Assembly: GCA_034180345.1 (NCBI GenBank)
Contig: JAXFOQ010000040.1
Coordinates: 6,265-70,264 of the forward strand
Origin: Erysipelotrichaceae bacterium
GTDB lineage: Bacteria; Bacillota_I; Bacilli_A; Erysipelotrichales; Erysipelotrichaceae
Direction of reading: 5' to 3'
DNA: 64,000 nucleotides
This document shows, in pieces, positions 25,320-34,636 of the stretch. Below the pieces are notes generated by a model. The model searched no databases and was not told the DNA's origin. It saw only the letters and a program-made list of their open reading frames with translations. The first letter of the stretch is position 1; every line of letters begins with the position of its first letter. The translations under genes and the position numbers were made by a program.

Positions 25320-28061
25320 ATGAACACTGAAAATAATATGATTATCATTAAAGGTGAAATAAAAACTTCTGATGTAAAATCGTGTAAATATGATGGTAAT
25401 ATTAATAAATGGACTGTAAAATTTAATAATGAAAAACCATATTTTTATGAATTTCATAATTTAGAAAAATTAATCAAACCAAAAGTTTTAAATAAAAATA
25501 TGTATCGTATAAAAAATAAAGGTGTGGAATTATTCGATATTAAAGATATACGCGTTTTTGAGGGTAAAAATGACAAATATTGGCATATTTGTTTTGATAA
25601 CGGAAGTAAAAAAGATTATCGTGAGAAAGAATTAGAAATATTTGAATCAGTTTTAAATGAAAAAGAATCTTCAAATGTATTTGAATACATAAAACAAATT
25701 GCGGAATTAAATGAAATTGTAAATGATTTAACTGGTGAAAAAATATTAATTAAAAAATATAATAATTTAACATTTTTAAGTAACGATGTAGTTTTGTCAA
25801 AATATTTGAACCCTACCTTATTGAAAAATAGAAAGTCAAATATAGATTATAAACCAATTTTTCCTTTTGGATGTAATAATAGTCAATACACCGCAGTGAA
25901 AAGTGCTATGGAGAATCAAATTAGTGTTATTCAGGGACCTCCTGGAACAGGAAAAACACAAACAATATTAAATATTATTGCCAATATATTGATACAAGAT
26001 AAAACAGTTCAGATAGTTTCTAATAATAATTCTGCTACTGCAAACATTTATGATAAATTATCTTCTAATAAATATGGTTTAGGCTTTATTGTTGCAATTT
26101 TAGGCAATGAGAATAATAAAAAAATCTTTATAGAACAACAAAATAAAAATTATCCTGATTTTTCTACTTGGAAAATAGAAAAAGATTTAATTGAGGAATT
26201 ACAAAAATCAGTTCCAGAGCAATTCATAAAATTAAAAGAAATTTTTGATAAGCAAGAAAAATTAGCATATTTAAAACAGGAATTTTCACAATTAAGTACA
26301 GAACAGGAATATTTTAATCAATATTCTAATAATTCAGATGTAAATTTTGAAAAAATAAAATTTAAGAAAAATTTGCATTCAAATTCTGTAATGAAATTAC
26401 TACAAGAGTGTCAATCGATTTCAGAAAATAAAAAAACAATAGGATTTTTATTTAAAGTAAAATCTTTTTTTACATGCGGAATAAAAGACCGCAGTATATA
26501 TAATCAAGATATTTCAAATATAATTATTGTATTTCAATATATGTATTATTATGCAAAAAATAATGAATTATTGTCAGAAATTGATGTTCTTGAAAAATAT
26601 TTGGATAATGCCGATGGAACTTTACTTGATAATTTATGCGAAGAGTCAATGAAAATATTAAAGGACAAACTCGTGAGAAAATATGAAGTTAATGATAGTC
26701 GCAAAATATTTAATGAAGATAGTTTTCGGGAAGAATCTAATAAGATTTTAGAAGAATATCCCGTTATATTAAGTACAACATTCTCATCGACAAATAGTTT
26801 AAATTCTCATATTATATATGATTATTTAATTATTGATGAAGCATCACAAGTGGATATAGCTACAGGTGCATTAGCTCTTTCTTGTGCAAAAAATGTTGTT
26901 ATTGTAGGCGATACTAAACAATTGCCAAATATTGTTAATAATGATGTGAAATCTAAGGCAAATGCAATATTTGATAGTTTTAATCTCAATGAAGGGTATA
27001 GATATACAAAAAGTTTTTTACAGTCTGTTATTGATGTATTTTCAGATTCAAAGATACCAAAAACATTATTAAGAGAACATTATAGATGTCATCCGAAAAT
27101 AATTAATTTTTGCAATCAAAAATTTTATAATGGCGATTTAGTTATAATGACAAAAGACAAAGGTGAAAAAGATGTTTTATCAGTAATTAAAACTGCGGTT
27201 GGTAATCATGTGCGCGATAATTATAGTCAGCGTCAAATAGATGTAATTAAACAAGAAGTACTCGCAAAATATAATTTAGATATGGATAAAACAGGAATTA
27301 TAACACCATATAGAAATCAAGTTAATGCCTTGCATAATGACATTGAGAATGTAAATGCTGATACAGTGCACAAATTTCAAGGAAAAGAAAAAGATAATAT
27401 TATTATATCGACAGTAGATGATGAGATAACAGATTTTGTAGATGATCCATTTTTAATTAATGTGGCCGTATCTAGGGCTAAAAATAAATTGATATTAGTT
27501 ACAACTGGAAATGAACAAAATAAAGAACGGAATATAACGGATTTAATTGACTATATTAAGTATAATAATTTTGAGGTTAAAGATAGTAATGTTTATTCAA
27601 TTTTTGATTATTTATATAAACAATATGATAAAAAAAGAATTTTATATTTAAAAAAACATAAAAAAATATCTGAATATGATTCAGAAAACTTAATGTATTT
27701 GCTAATTGAAGAAATTATTGCGGATAGTAGATATAGTGATTTAGATGTAGTTTATCATTATCCATTGAAAATGTTGATTCAGAATACGGCATTATTAAAT
27801 GAAGAAGAATATAAATATGCTATGAATCCATTAACACATTTAGATTTTTTGATATATAACAAAATTGGTAAAAAACCAGTTTTAGCAATTGAGGTTGATG
27901 GATACAGGTATCATGAAGAATATACAGTGCAATCTTCACGCGATTTATTAAAAGATCATTTGCTAGAATTATATGATATTCCACTACTAAGATTTAAGAC
28001 AAATGGTAGCAAAGAAAAAGAAATAATTATTGATATGTTAGAAAAGATAATTTCATCATAA
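25320..28061 (+). CDS. SF1 (Upf1/DNA2-like) helicase fused to C-terminal DUF2726/Vsr-like PD-(D/E)xK nuclease, with unknown ~200 aa N-terminal domain
   Basis: Walker A GPPGTGKT (25935-25958), DEASQ, GDTKQLP, REHYRCHPKIINF, TVHKFQGKEKD, and VAVSRAKNKL. The C-terminus HLDFLIYN..LAIEVDGYRYH..IPLLRF has E878 at 27891. Start is set at the ATG at 25320; the track ORF begins at an upstream TTG at 25260. Confidence 0.85.
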   Translation: MNTENNMIIIKGEIKTSDVKSCKYDGNINKWTVKFNNEKPYFYEFHNLEKLIKPKVLNKNMYRIKNKGVELFDIKDIRVFEGKNDKYWHICFDNGSKKDYREKELEIFESVLNEKESSNVFEYIKQIAELNEIVNDLTGEKILIKKYNNLTFLSNDVVLSKYLNPTLLKNRKSNIDYKPIFPFGCNNSQYTAVKSAMENQISVIQGPPGTGKTQTILNIIANILIQDKTVQIVSNNNSATANIYDKLSSNKYGLGFIVAILGNENNKKIFIEQQNKNYPDFSTWKIEKDLIEELQKSVPEQFIKLKEIFDKQEKLAYLKQEFSQLSTEQEYFNQYSNNSDVNFEKIKFKKNLHSNSVMKLLQECQSISENKKTIGFLFKVKSFFTCGIKDRSIYNQDISNIIIVFQYMYYYAKNNELLSEIDVLEKYLDNADGTLLDNLCEESMKILKDKLVRKYEVNDSRKIFNEDSFREESNKILEEYPVILSTTFSSTNSLNSHIIYDYLIIDEASQVDIATGALALSCAKNVVIVGDTKQLPNIVNNDVKSKANAIFDSFNLNEGYRYTKSFLQSVIDVFSDSKIPKTLLREHYRCHPKIINFCNQKFYNGDLVIMTKDKGEKDVLSVIKTAVGNHVRDNYSQRQIDVIKQEVLAKYNLDMDKTGIITPYRNQVNALHNDIENVNADTVHKFQGKEKDNIIISTVDDEITDFVDDPFLINVAVSRAKNKLILVTTGNEQNKERNITDLIDYIKYNNFEVKDSNVYSIFDYLYKQYDKKRILYLKKHKKISEYDSENLMYLLIEEIIADSRYSDLDVVYHYPLKMLIQNTALLNEEEYKYAMNPLTHLDFLIYNKIGKKPVLAIEVDGYRYHEEYTVQSSRDLLKDHLLELYDIPLLRFKTNGSKEKEIIIDMLEKIISS

Positions 28062-28299
28062 TGTTTAATATATTTTTAGCTATATAATACTTGATAATCA
28101 ACGAAAGTTGGCTTTTCGTTATTTTCAATTTATTGTATAAAAATAATTTTATTATCGCAAAGCATCAACGCTAAGAATATTTATAAATTTTTAGAAAAAA
28201 CTTAAAATTATACACAATAAAAAGATGATTATTTGTAAAATTAATCTTGAAAGTTATGTTATAACTTAAGAAACAGTTACATTAATCATCTTTTTAAAT

Positions 28300-29679
28300 T
28301 TATTTATCATTTATATTTTGAATTAAATTATTAAATTCAATAGGTCCATCTTCACCTTGTTTATAATTATATAAGGGAAGATTGTTGTTTTTATGCAAAT
28401 CTTTAAGTTCTTGAATATACTTCCAACTTAATTCAATTTGTTCCCATTTAGTAAACCAAGTATCATCATTATTTATACAAGCGCAAAGCATTCTTTCGTA
28501 CGCCTCAGGGGTATTTAATTTAAATTCTAAATTACAATTTTGGCAAAATTCCATATGTGTTTTAGTGATACTATCTTCCCCAGGTGTTTTGATATTAAAT
28601 TCTAAGTGTACGGCTTCGGTTGGTTGAATTTTGATTACTAAGATATTTGAAGGTATATCATTGTTATTTTTCTTAAAAACAATCGCCACCTCAATTTCTC
28701 TTCTGCTACATTTTTTACCAGTTTTGATAAAAAAGGGAACACCCTGCCATCTAGGATTATCAATAAATAATTTTAATCCAGCAAATGTTTCGGTATGAGA
28801 ATCAGGATTAACCTTATCCTCTTTTTGATACCCCTCATATTGTCCAATAACCAAAGTATCTTGAATATTTATTTTATCAGTTGCTCTTAGAGCGTTAAAT
28901 ACCTTTAGTTGTTCATAAGGAAGTGGATTATTTGGGTTATCTAAGGCCACAATTGAAAGTATCTGTAAGAGATGGTTTTGAACCATATCCTTAAGTGCTC
29001 CAGCCCGATCATAATAGTTACCACGAGTTTCAATACCGACAGTTTCCAGCGCACTGATATGCACACTTTCAATATTTTCATTTGACCAAACATTTGAAAA
29101 GATCGGATTACTTTCCCTAATGGTTAAAATATTTCTAATCATCTCTTTGCCTAAGTAATGATCAATACGATAAATATTATTCTCCCCAAAGGCTTCATCG
29201 AGATATTTATTTAATTTTTTAGCTTCATTCAAAGAGGCTCCAAAAGGTTTTTCCAAGATGATTTTAGGATTTTTAATATTATTGATGGTTTGAATACCCT
29301 TGCTTATTATTTCGAAAAATTCAGGGGCCACCGCATAATAAATTAAATTATTATTATAGTTATTATCTTTAAGATAATGATTAAATAATTTATATTCATC
29401 AATATTGTTAAAGTCCATCTTATAATAATCAATATGTTTAAATAGGGCTTGTATCATTGTTTCATCAATTTTTGTTCGGGAGAATTTTTTAATCCATTCG
29501 ATAATTATTTGATGATAATCTTCATTGTGGTAATCTCTCCTACCAATGGCGATAATTTTAAATGAATCACCTAGAAGCTTTCGGGAATACAGGTCATATA
29601 TAGCTGGTAATAATTTACGATAAGCCAGATCACCAGTACCCCCAAAAATAGTAATTGAAATATTATTGTTCATCATCAT
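28300..29679 (-). CDS. zwf: glucose-6-phosphate 1-dehydrogenase
   Basis: FGGTGDLAYRKLLPA, EKPFG, and RIDHYLGKE motifs. The likely start is the MMMNNN ATG cluster at 29679-29671, which overlaps the gnd stop. Confidence 0.93.
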   Translation of the reverse strand: MMMNNNISITIFGGTGDLAYRKLLPAIYDLYSRKLLGDSFKIIAIGRRDYHNEDYHQIIIEWIKKFSRTKIDETMIQALFKHIDYYKMDFNNIDEYKLFNHYLKDNNYNNNLIYYAVAPEFFEIISKGIQTINNIKNPKIILEKPFGASLNEAKKLNKYLDEAFGENNIYRIDHYLGKEMIRNILTIRESNPIFSNVWSNENIESVHISALETVGIETRGNYYDRAGALKDMVQNHLLQILSIVALDNPNNPLPYEQLKVFNALRATDKINIQDTLVIGQYEGYQKEDKVNPDSHTETFAGLKLFIDNPRWQGVPFFIKTGKKCSRREIEVAIVFKKNNNDIPSNILVIKIQPTEAVHLEFNIKTPGEDSITKTHMEFCQNCNLEFKLNTPEAYERMLCACINNDDTWFTKWEQIELSWKYIQELKDLHKNNNLPLYNYKQGEDGPIEFNNLIQNINDK

Positions 29680-31048
29680 TCCAGTTATGGTGTTCAAAAC
29701 CATTGCGATCTATTCTTTGATAGGTGTGGGCCCCGAAATAATCTCTTTGAGCTTGAATGATGTTGGCTCCAAGTAAATCTGTTGATAATTGATTTAAGTA
29801 AAGTAGTGCATTGGTAAATACTGGTAGTGGAAGATTGGTTCCAAGACCTTTTAAAACAATATTTTTTAATGCTTGATGATTATTCTTAATCTGATCAACA
29901 AAAACATCATTAAGCAATAAATTATCAGAACTATGGTCATAGGCGTTCATGATTTTTTGTAATAACTTGGCTTGGATGATACAACCAGCTCTAAATATCG
30001 CAGCGATATTCTTATAGTTTAAATTCCAATTATATTTATCAGAGGCATCGTGGTATAATCCAAAACCTTGAATAAAGGCTAGGCTTTTAGCTAAAAGATA
30101 GGCTTGATGAACATCTTCTAGATCAACATCAAGATGATTATTATCATTGATGATATTATGGAGCTTTTCTCTTAGATTTGTATTATTAGACATAATTCTT
30201 GCCTGATAAGCAGCAGTTAATAGCGAAGCGTTGTATTCTTGGGCTAGGGCTTCAATGCTTGTCCATCGGCCTGTGCCCTTGTTTCCCGCAACATCTAAGA
30301 TCATATCTACCAGATCATTATCGCTATGTTCATCTTTTTCTTTTAAGACGATTGATGTTATTTCAACAAGATAACTATTGGCTTCACCTTGGTTCCAATT
30401 ATCCAATATTTCCGCAATTTCACGGTTAGAATATTTGCCCATTTTTTTAAGAATTAGATAAGTTTCAGCCAGTAATTGCATATCGGCATATTCGATCCCA
30501 TTATGAACCATTTTTACATAGTGGCCACTACCACCTTCTCCAATGTATGTGCAGCAGGGATCATTATGATATTTGGCAGATATAGCTTCTAATATCGGAG
30601 AAATTTCTTGATATGCCTTTGCATCACCAGATGGCATGATGCTAGGACCTTTTAAAGCCCCTTCTTCACCCCCTGATACCCCAACACCAAAGTAATGAAT
30701 ATTCATTTTAGCCAGTTCGGTACTTCTTCTTTCGGTATCCTTAAAAAATGAGTTGCCACCATCCATAATAATATCTCCTGGCTCTAAAAGTTTGACTAGC
30801 CTTTCAACAACAGCATTAACAGCCTTGCCCGCAGAAACCATTAAGAAGATTTTACGCGGTTTTTCCAATGAATTGACAAAGTCTTCAATGTGCTCATAGC
30901 CTTGAAAATTATCAATATTCATCTTGATAAGTTTTTTTGTACTTTCATATGTACGATTATAACCACTAACTTTAAAGTTGTGATTTAACATATTTAGGGC
31001 AATGTTTCTTCCCATTACGCCTAAGCCGATTACACCGATTTGATTCAT
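29663..31048 (-). CDS. gnd: 6-phosphogluconate dehydrogenase (decarboxylating)
   Basis: IGVIGLGVMGRNIALN Rossmann motif, GGNS, and GHYVKMVHNGIEY. Confidence 0.95.
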   Translation of the reverse strand: MNQIGVIGLGVMGRNIALNMLNHNFKVSGYNRTYESTKKLIKMNIDNFQGYEHIEDFVNSLEKPRKIFLMVSAGKAVNAVVERLVKLLEPGDIIMDGGNSFFKDTERRSTELAKMNIHYFGVGVSGGEEGALKGPSIMPSGDAKAYQEISPILEAISAKYHNDPCCTYIGEGGSGHYVKMVHNGIEYADMQLLAETYLILKKMGKYSNREIAEILDNWNQGEANSYLVEITSIVLKEKDEHSDNDLVDMILDVAGNKGTGRWTSIEALAQEYNASLLTAAYQARIMSNNTNLREKLHNIINDNNHLDVDLEDVHQAYLLAKSLAFIQGFGLYHDASDKYNWNLNYKNIAAIFRAGCIIQAKLLQKIMNAYDHSSDNLLLNDVFVDQIKNNHQALKNIVLKGLGTNLPLPVFTNALLYLNQLSTDLLGANIIQAQRDYFGAHTYQRIDRNGFEHHNWNDDEQ

Positions 31049-31974
31049 TTTTCCTCCTTAGCAATGATCGCTATTCCTTCGGGAATATTTATTTTATTTA
31101 TTTGTTGGGTGATTAAACCGTTATTAAGTTTAAACACTGTCATATTATCACTTAAACGATTAAGAGCCAACAGATGATTATCAATTATCATAAAGTCACG
31201 GGGGTGTTTTCCATCGGTACTTACAACCTGTACCAATGAAATTTTTTCTTGATTTAGTTTAAAGACTGAAATAACATTTTGATCACGAGTTGATACATAT
31301 AGGTGGTGATCATAATATCTAATGGCAGCACTACCACCGATGTTATTAACACCATTTAAGATATTTATCTTATTTATTAGTTCTAATTTATTGTTGTAAA
31401 TATATAAAATATTGTTCAATTCACCAACTACATATAAATAATCATCAACATCAACAATGTGTCTTGGTCCACTATTTTTTGGCAATAATATTTCTTGATG
31501 AATATTGAAATTAGCATCAAAGACAATAATTTTATCCAATAATAAACAAGGGACTAAAAAGTAATCTTTAAAAAAATATACTTGATGACAGCCAGCCTGA
31601 TCTTTAATTTTAATTGTTTTATGATGTGATAATTTATCATTATTAATATTGATGATATTAATACTTCCTTCGTGATAATTGGCAGTATATAAATAATTAT
31701 TTTGATAACCGATATAACAAGAAGCGCTTTTTTCATAGCTAAGTTTATCAATTGTATTACCATAACTATCAATTAATAGTACTCCAGAATCATTTTCAAA
31801 ATCACAAACAGCTGCAATATATTCACCAACCATACATAGATATTTAGGATTGTCGATTTCTTTGAGTAGTTTTAAATGATTAATTTTACCATCTGAATAT
31901 TTAAAAGTATAAATACCCTTACTTTTTGTGTTTGTGTATGTTCCCACATAGACTTGATAATTTTTATTCATCAT
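31045..31974 (-). CDS. pgl: beta-propeller 6-phosphogluconolactonase (YbhE/Pgl type)
   Basis: YVGTYT..GIYTF N-terminus, repetitive beta-propeller pattern, and position upstream of gnd-zwf with an ATGA overlap. The track ORF extends to 32034; the ATG at 31974 fits the family N-terminus better. Confidence 0.75.
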   Translation of the reverse strand: MMNKNYQVYVGTYTNTKSKGIYTFKYSDGKINHLKLLKEIDNPKYLCMVGEYIAAVCDFENDSGVLLIDSYGNTIDKLSYEKSASCYIGYQNNYLYTANYHEGSINIININNDKLSHHKTIKIKDQAGCHQVYFFKDYFLVPCLLLDKIIVFDANFNIHQEILLPKNSGPRHIVDVDDYLYVVGELNNILYIYNNKLELINKINILNGVNNIGGSAAIRYYDHHLYVSTRDQNVISVFKLNQEKISLVQVVSTDGKHPRDFMIIDNHLLALNRLSDNMTVFKLNNGLITQQINKINIPEGIAIIAKEEK

Positions 31975-32132
31975 CAGTATAAATTCTAACCTATTAAAGT
32001 CGATTTTTGTGAGCTTTTGCTCAAAAAGTATCAATAATTATCCGTTTTATATATTATCAGGTGAGATTTTGGATGTTTAATTTTTTAATTAATTAAGATA
32101 CAATATCTTTATAAAACAAAGGAGAATTACAC

Positions 32133-32462
32133 ATGGGAAAATGTCCAAATTGCGGAGCGCCAATGGTTGACCATAGATGTGAATATTGTGGTTATAATGT
32201 GGTTGCAGAAAATAATCATAGTAGTGTTCATAATTATTATTTCTTTGAAAAGGAAAGAAAAAGTCGTAAAAATAAGGTAATTGCATTCATTTTGTGTTTT
32301 TTCTTTGGGATAAGTGGTGTCCATTATTTTTATGTTGGAAGATTTGGCAAGGGATTACTTTATTTTTTTACGGGTGGTTTATTTTCCATTGGTTGGATTT
32401 TAGATATATTTTCAATCGCCAGTGGTAATTTTAAAGATGCTGATGGCTTGCTATTAAAATAG
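32133..32462 (+). CDS. zinc-ribbon + TM2 domain membrane protein
   Basis: CPNCGAP..CEYCG zinc ribbon followed by two TM helices carrying GVHYFYVGRFGKG..GWILD (TM2 domain). Confidence 0.75.
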   Translation: MGKCPNCGAPMVDHRCEYCGYNVVAENNHSSVHNYYFFEKERKSRKNKVIAFILCFFFGISGVHYFYVGRFGKGLLYFFTGGLFSIGWILDIFSIASGNFKDADGLLLK

Positions 32463-32469
32463 GCTAGGT

Positions 32470-33318
32470 ATGTATTTTTTAGATAATATAAAGAATAAAT
32501 TTACAGAAGTTATTGAATTTGCCGACAACAACAATAAGCTGGTAATTTATAAATATCACCATCAACGCCGTCGTAATCAAATTAAAATCGGACTTAATTT
32601 AGTTGTTAAAGAAGGCCAAAAAGCCATCATTATTAAAGATGGCATCATCGAAGAAATATATGATCCTGGCACACATACGATGGAAATTAATAATCATGTT
32701 CTTTTTGATATTGTAAAATCTTCATTTAATTGTTTAGATGAAACCAAGATGGCTGATTTATATTTTGTGAATATGGGTTCAATCATCGACAATAAATGGG
32801 CCACCAAATCACCAGTGCTTAAAAAAGATCTTGAGTTAGGAATGGTTAGAGTCAGATCATTTGGCAAATTTTCATTTAAGATTGATGATCTTCAACTTTT
32901 TATTAATGAAATATTTAGAAGTAATAATTTAACCTTATCTTATGATATTATTCAATACTTGACGGTCATGGTTGCTGAAGCCTTTGCCCAGATAATCATT
33001 GATGAGGGAATACCAATTTTAAATATATTATCTAATTATGATGAAATTGGTAATAGTGTTTGTGATCGTGTTAATAGCTTGGCCAATAGAATTGGTATTG
33101 AATTTACTTCAGTGATTATCGAAAGTATTTCCTTGCCTGAGCATGTTGAAAAATTAATTGATGAACAATTCGTTTCTAATTTTGGTCAAAATAATATTTC
33201 TCCGACTATTAAAGATAATGATGTTGAAAGACTTAGAGAGCTAAAATTATTATTGAATGAGGGAATTATTACTCAAGCAGAATTTGATTTAAAGAAGAAA
33301 CAAATTTTAAAAATATAA
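32470..33318 (+). CDS. SPFH-domain protein (YdjI-like) with C-terminal SHOCT motif
   Basis: The IEFADNN..KIGLNLVVKEGQKAIIIKDG..VRVRSFGKFSFKI pattern matches YdjI-type SPFH proteins. The C-terminal LLNEGIITQAEFDLKKKQIL is a SHOCT motif. Confidence 0.65.
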   Translation: MYFLDNIKNKFTEVIEFADNNNKLVIYKYHHQRRRNQIKIGLNLVVKEGQKAIIIKDGIIEEIYDPGTHTMEINNHVLFDIVKSSFNCLDETKMADLYFVNMGSIIDNKWATKSPVLKKDLELGMVRVRSFGKFSFKIDDLQLFINEIFRSNNLTLSYDIIQYLTVMVAEAFAQIIIDEGIPILNILSNYDEIGNSVCDRVNSLANRIGIEFTSVIIESISLPEHVEKLIDEQFVSNFGQNNISPTIKDNDVERLRELKLLLNEGIITQAEFDLKKKQILKI

Positions 33319-33323
33319 GTTAG

Positions 33324-34562
33324 TTAAAGCAGTTTACCTGCTAAATGACCAGTGCTAAAGGCAACGGTTAAATTATAACCGCCAGTATATCCATGAACAT
33401 CAATAAGCTCACCACAGAAATATAAATTATGAAATAGTTTGGACCTCATTGTTTTGGGGTCTATTTCTTTAATGTCGATACCACCAGCCGTAACAAAGGC
33501 CTTGTCAATATCTAAGGTAGCATAAGCGCTTAATCTGAAGGCTTTTATCTGGTTGATAATGGTTGCTAAATTATTTTTAGAAATATTGGTGATGGGAATA
33601 TTTAACCATGCCTTGGCAATATAATTGGCAAAGCGTTCAGGAAGATATGTTTTTAATGCCTTGTTGATAGCTAAGTTTTTTTGCTTTATTAAAATAGCCA
33701 TTAATTGTGTTGTTGGGATATTTGGTAATAAGTCTATTTCTAAAGTTAGATCTTTTTCGATATTTTTCGCAATCAGTCCCGAACACCTCAAGGCACAAGG
33801 ACCAGAGATCCCAAAATGGGTAAAAATCATCGGTCCTTGATGAGTGATTAATGGTTTATTTTGTTGATCAATAACTTTTATGATGACATTCTTAAAAGAA
33901 AGTCCTTTTAAGCTTTGATCTTTGATTACTGCTTCATGAGAAATAATCGGTACTTCCGAAGGGTATAATTCAGTGATATGATGGCCAATTTTAGTAGCCA
34001 TACGATATCCATCACCACAAGATCCAGTAAGACTAAAAGACTTTCCTCCTGTGGCTAAAATAAAGTTATCGGCATATAAGGTTTCACCATTTTTAAGGCT
34101 TATGCTTTCAATGGTATTTTGGCATTTGTTTAGTTGGATTACTTCGGCATTTGTTTGTATCTTTATATGAGCATTTTTTAACGCTTGATATAGAGCATCT
34201 AAAATGCTTTTAGCTTTATTGCTTATTGGAAAGATTCTCCCGTTATCTTCTTCTTTTAACTCAACATTAAGATTTTCAAAAAAATCCATAATGTCGCAAC
34301 TACCAAAATTATTTAGGGCACTGTAAAGAAATTTACCATTACCTATAATATTTTTGATTAAGTCATTGGTATTTTTGTTGTTGGTGAGATTACAACGCCC
34401 ACCACCTGTCAATAATAATTTTCTACCTAAACTACTATTTTTTTCAACCAAAAGAATATTTTGGTATTTTTGGGCGCTGGTTAGGGCGGCCATGATGCCA
34501 CTTGGTCCACCACCGATAATAATTACATCATATTTCACAAGATAATTATAAATGATATTCAA
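33324..34562 (-). CDS. HI0933/BaiN-family NAD(P)/FAD-dependent oxidoreductase
   Basis: DVIIIGGGPSGIMAA dinucleotide motif, GGGRCNLTN, and C-terminal GELIDVHGYTGGYNL. Confidence 0.85.
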   Translation of the reverse strand: MNIIYNYLVKYDVIIIGGGPSGIMAALTSAQKYQNILLVEKNSSLGRKLLLTGGGRCNLTNNKNTNDLIKNIIGNGKFLYSALNNFGSCDIMDFFENLNVELKEEDNGRIFPISNKAKSILDALYQALKNAHIKIQTNAEVIQLNKCQNTIESISLKNGETLYADNFILATGGKSFSLTGSCGDGYRMATKIGHHITELYPSEVPIISHEAVIKDQSLKGLSFKNVIIKVIDQQNKPLITHQGPMIFTHFGISGPCALRCSGLIAKNIEKDLTLEIDLLPNIPTTQLMAILIKQKNLAINKALKTYLPERFANYIAKAWLNIPITNISKNNLATIINQIKAFRLSAYATLDIDKAFVTAGGIDIKEIDPKTMRSKLFHNLYFCGELIDVHGYTGGYNLTVAFSTGHLAGKLL

Positions 34563-34636
34563 ATAAATATTTAGTTTTTAAATAATATTTATCTGTACAT
34601 AAAAAATGACATTTAGATATTGTTTGCTTAGATACG

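Noticed and set aside
28219-28295. A 13-bp inverted repeat, AAAAAGATGATTA ... TAATCATCTTTTT, with an inner hairpin (AAGTTAT-GTT-ATAACTT), considered as a possible island boundary or att site
   Set aside because: It lies directly downstream of the zwf stop in a convergent intergenic region and has no partner copy at the left edge of the island (17003-17050). It is more simply a terminator structure for zwf and/or the helicase gene.
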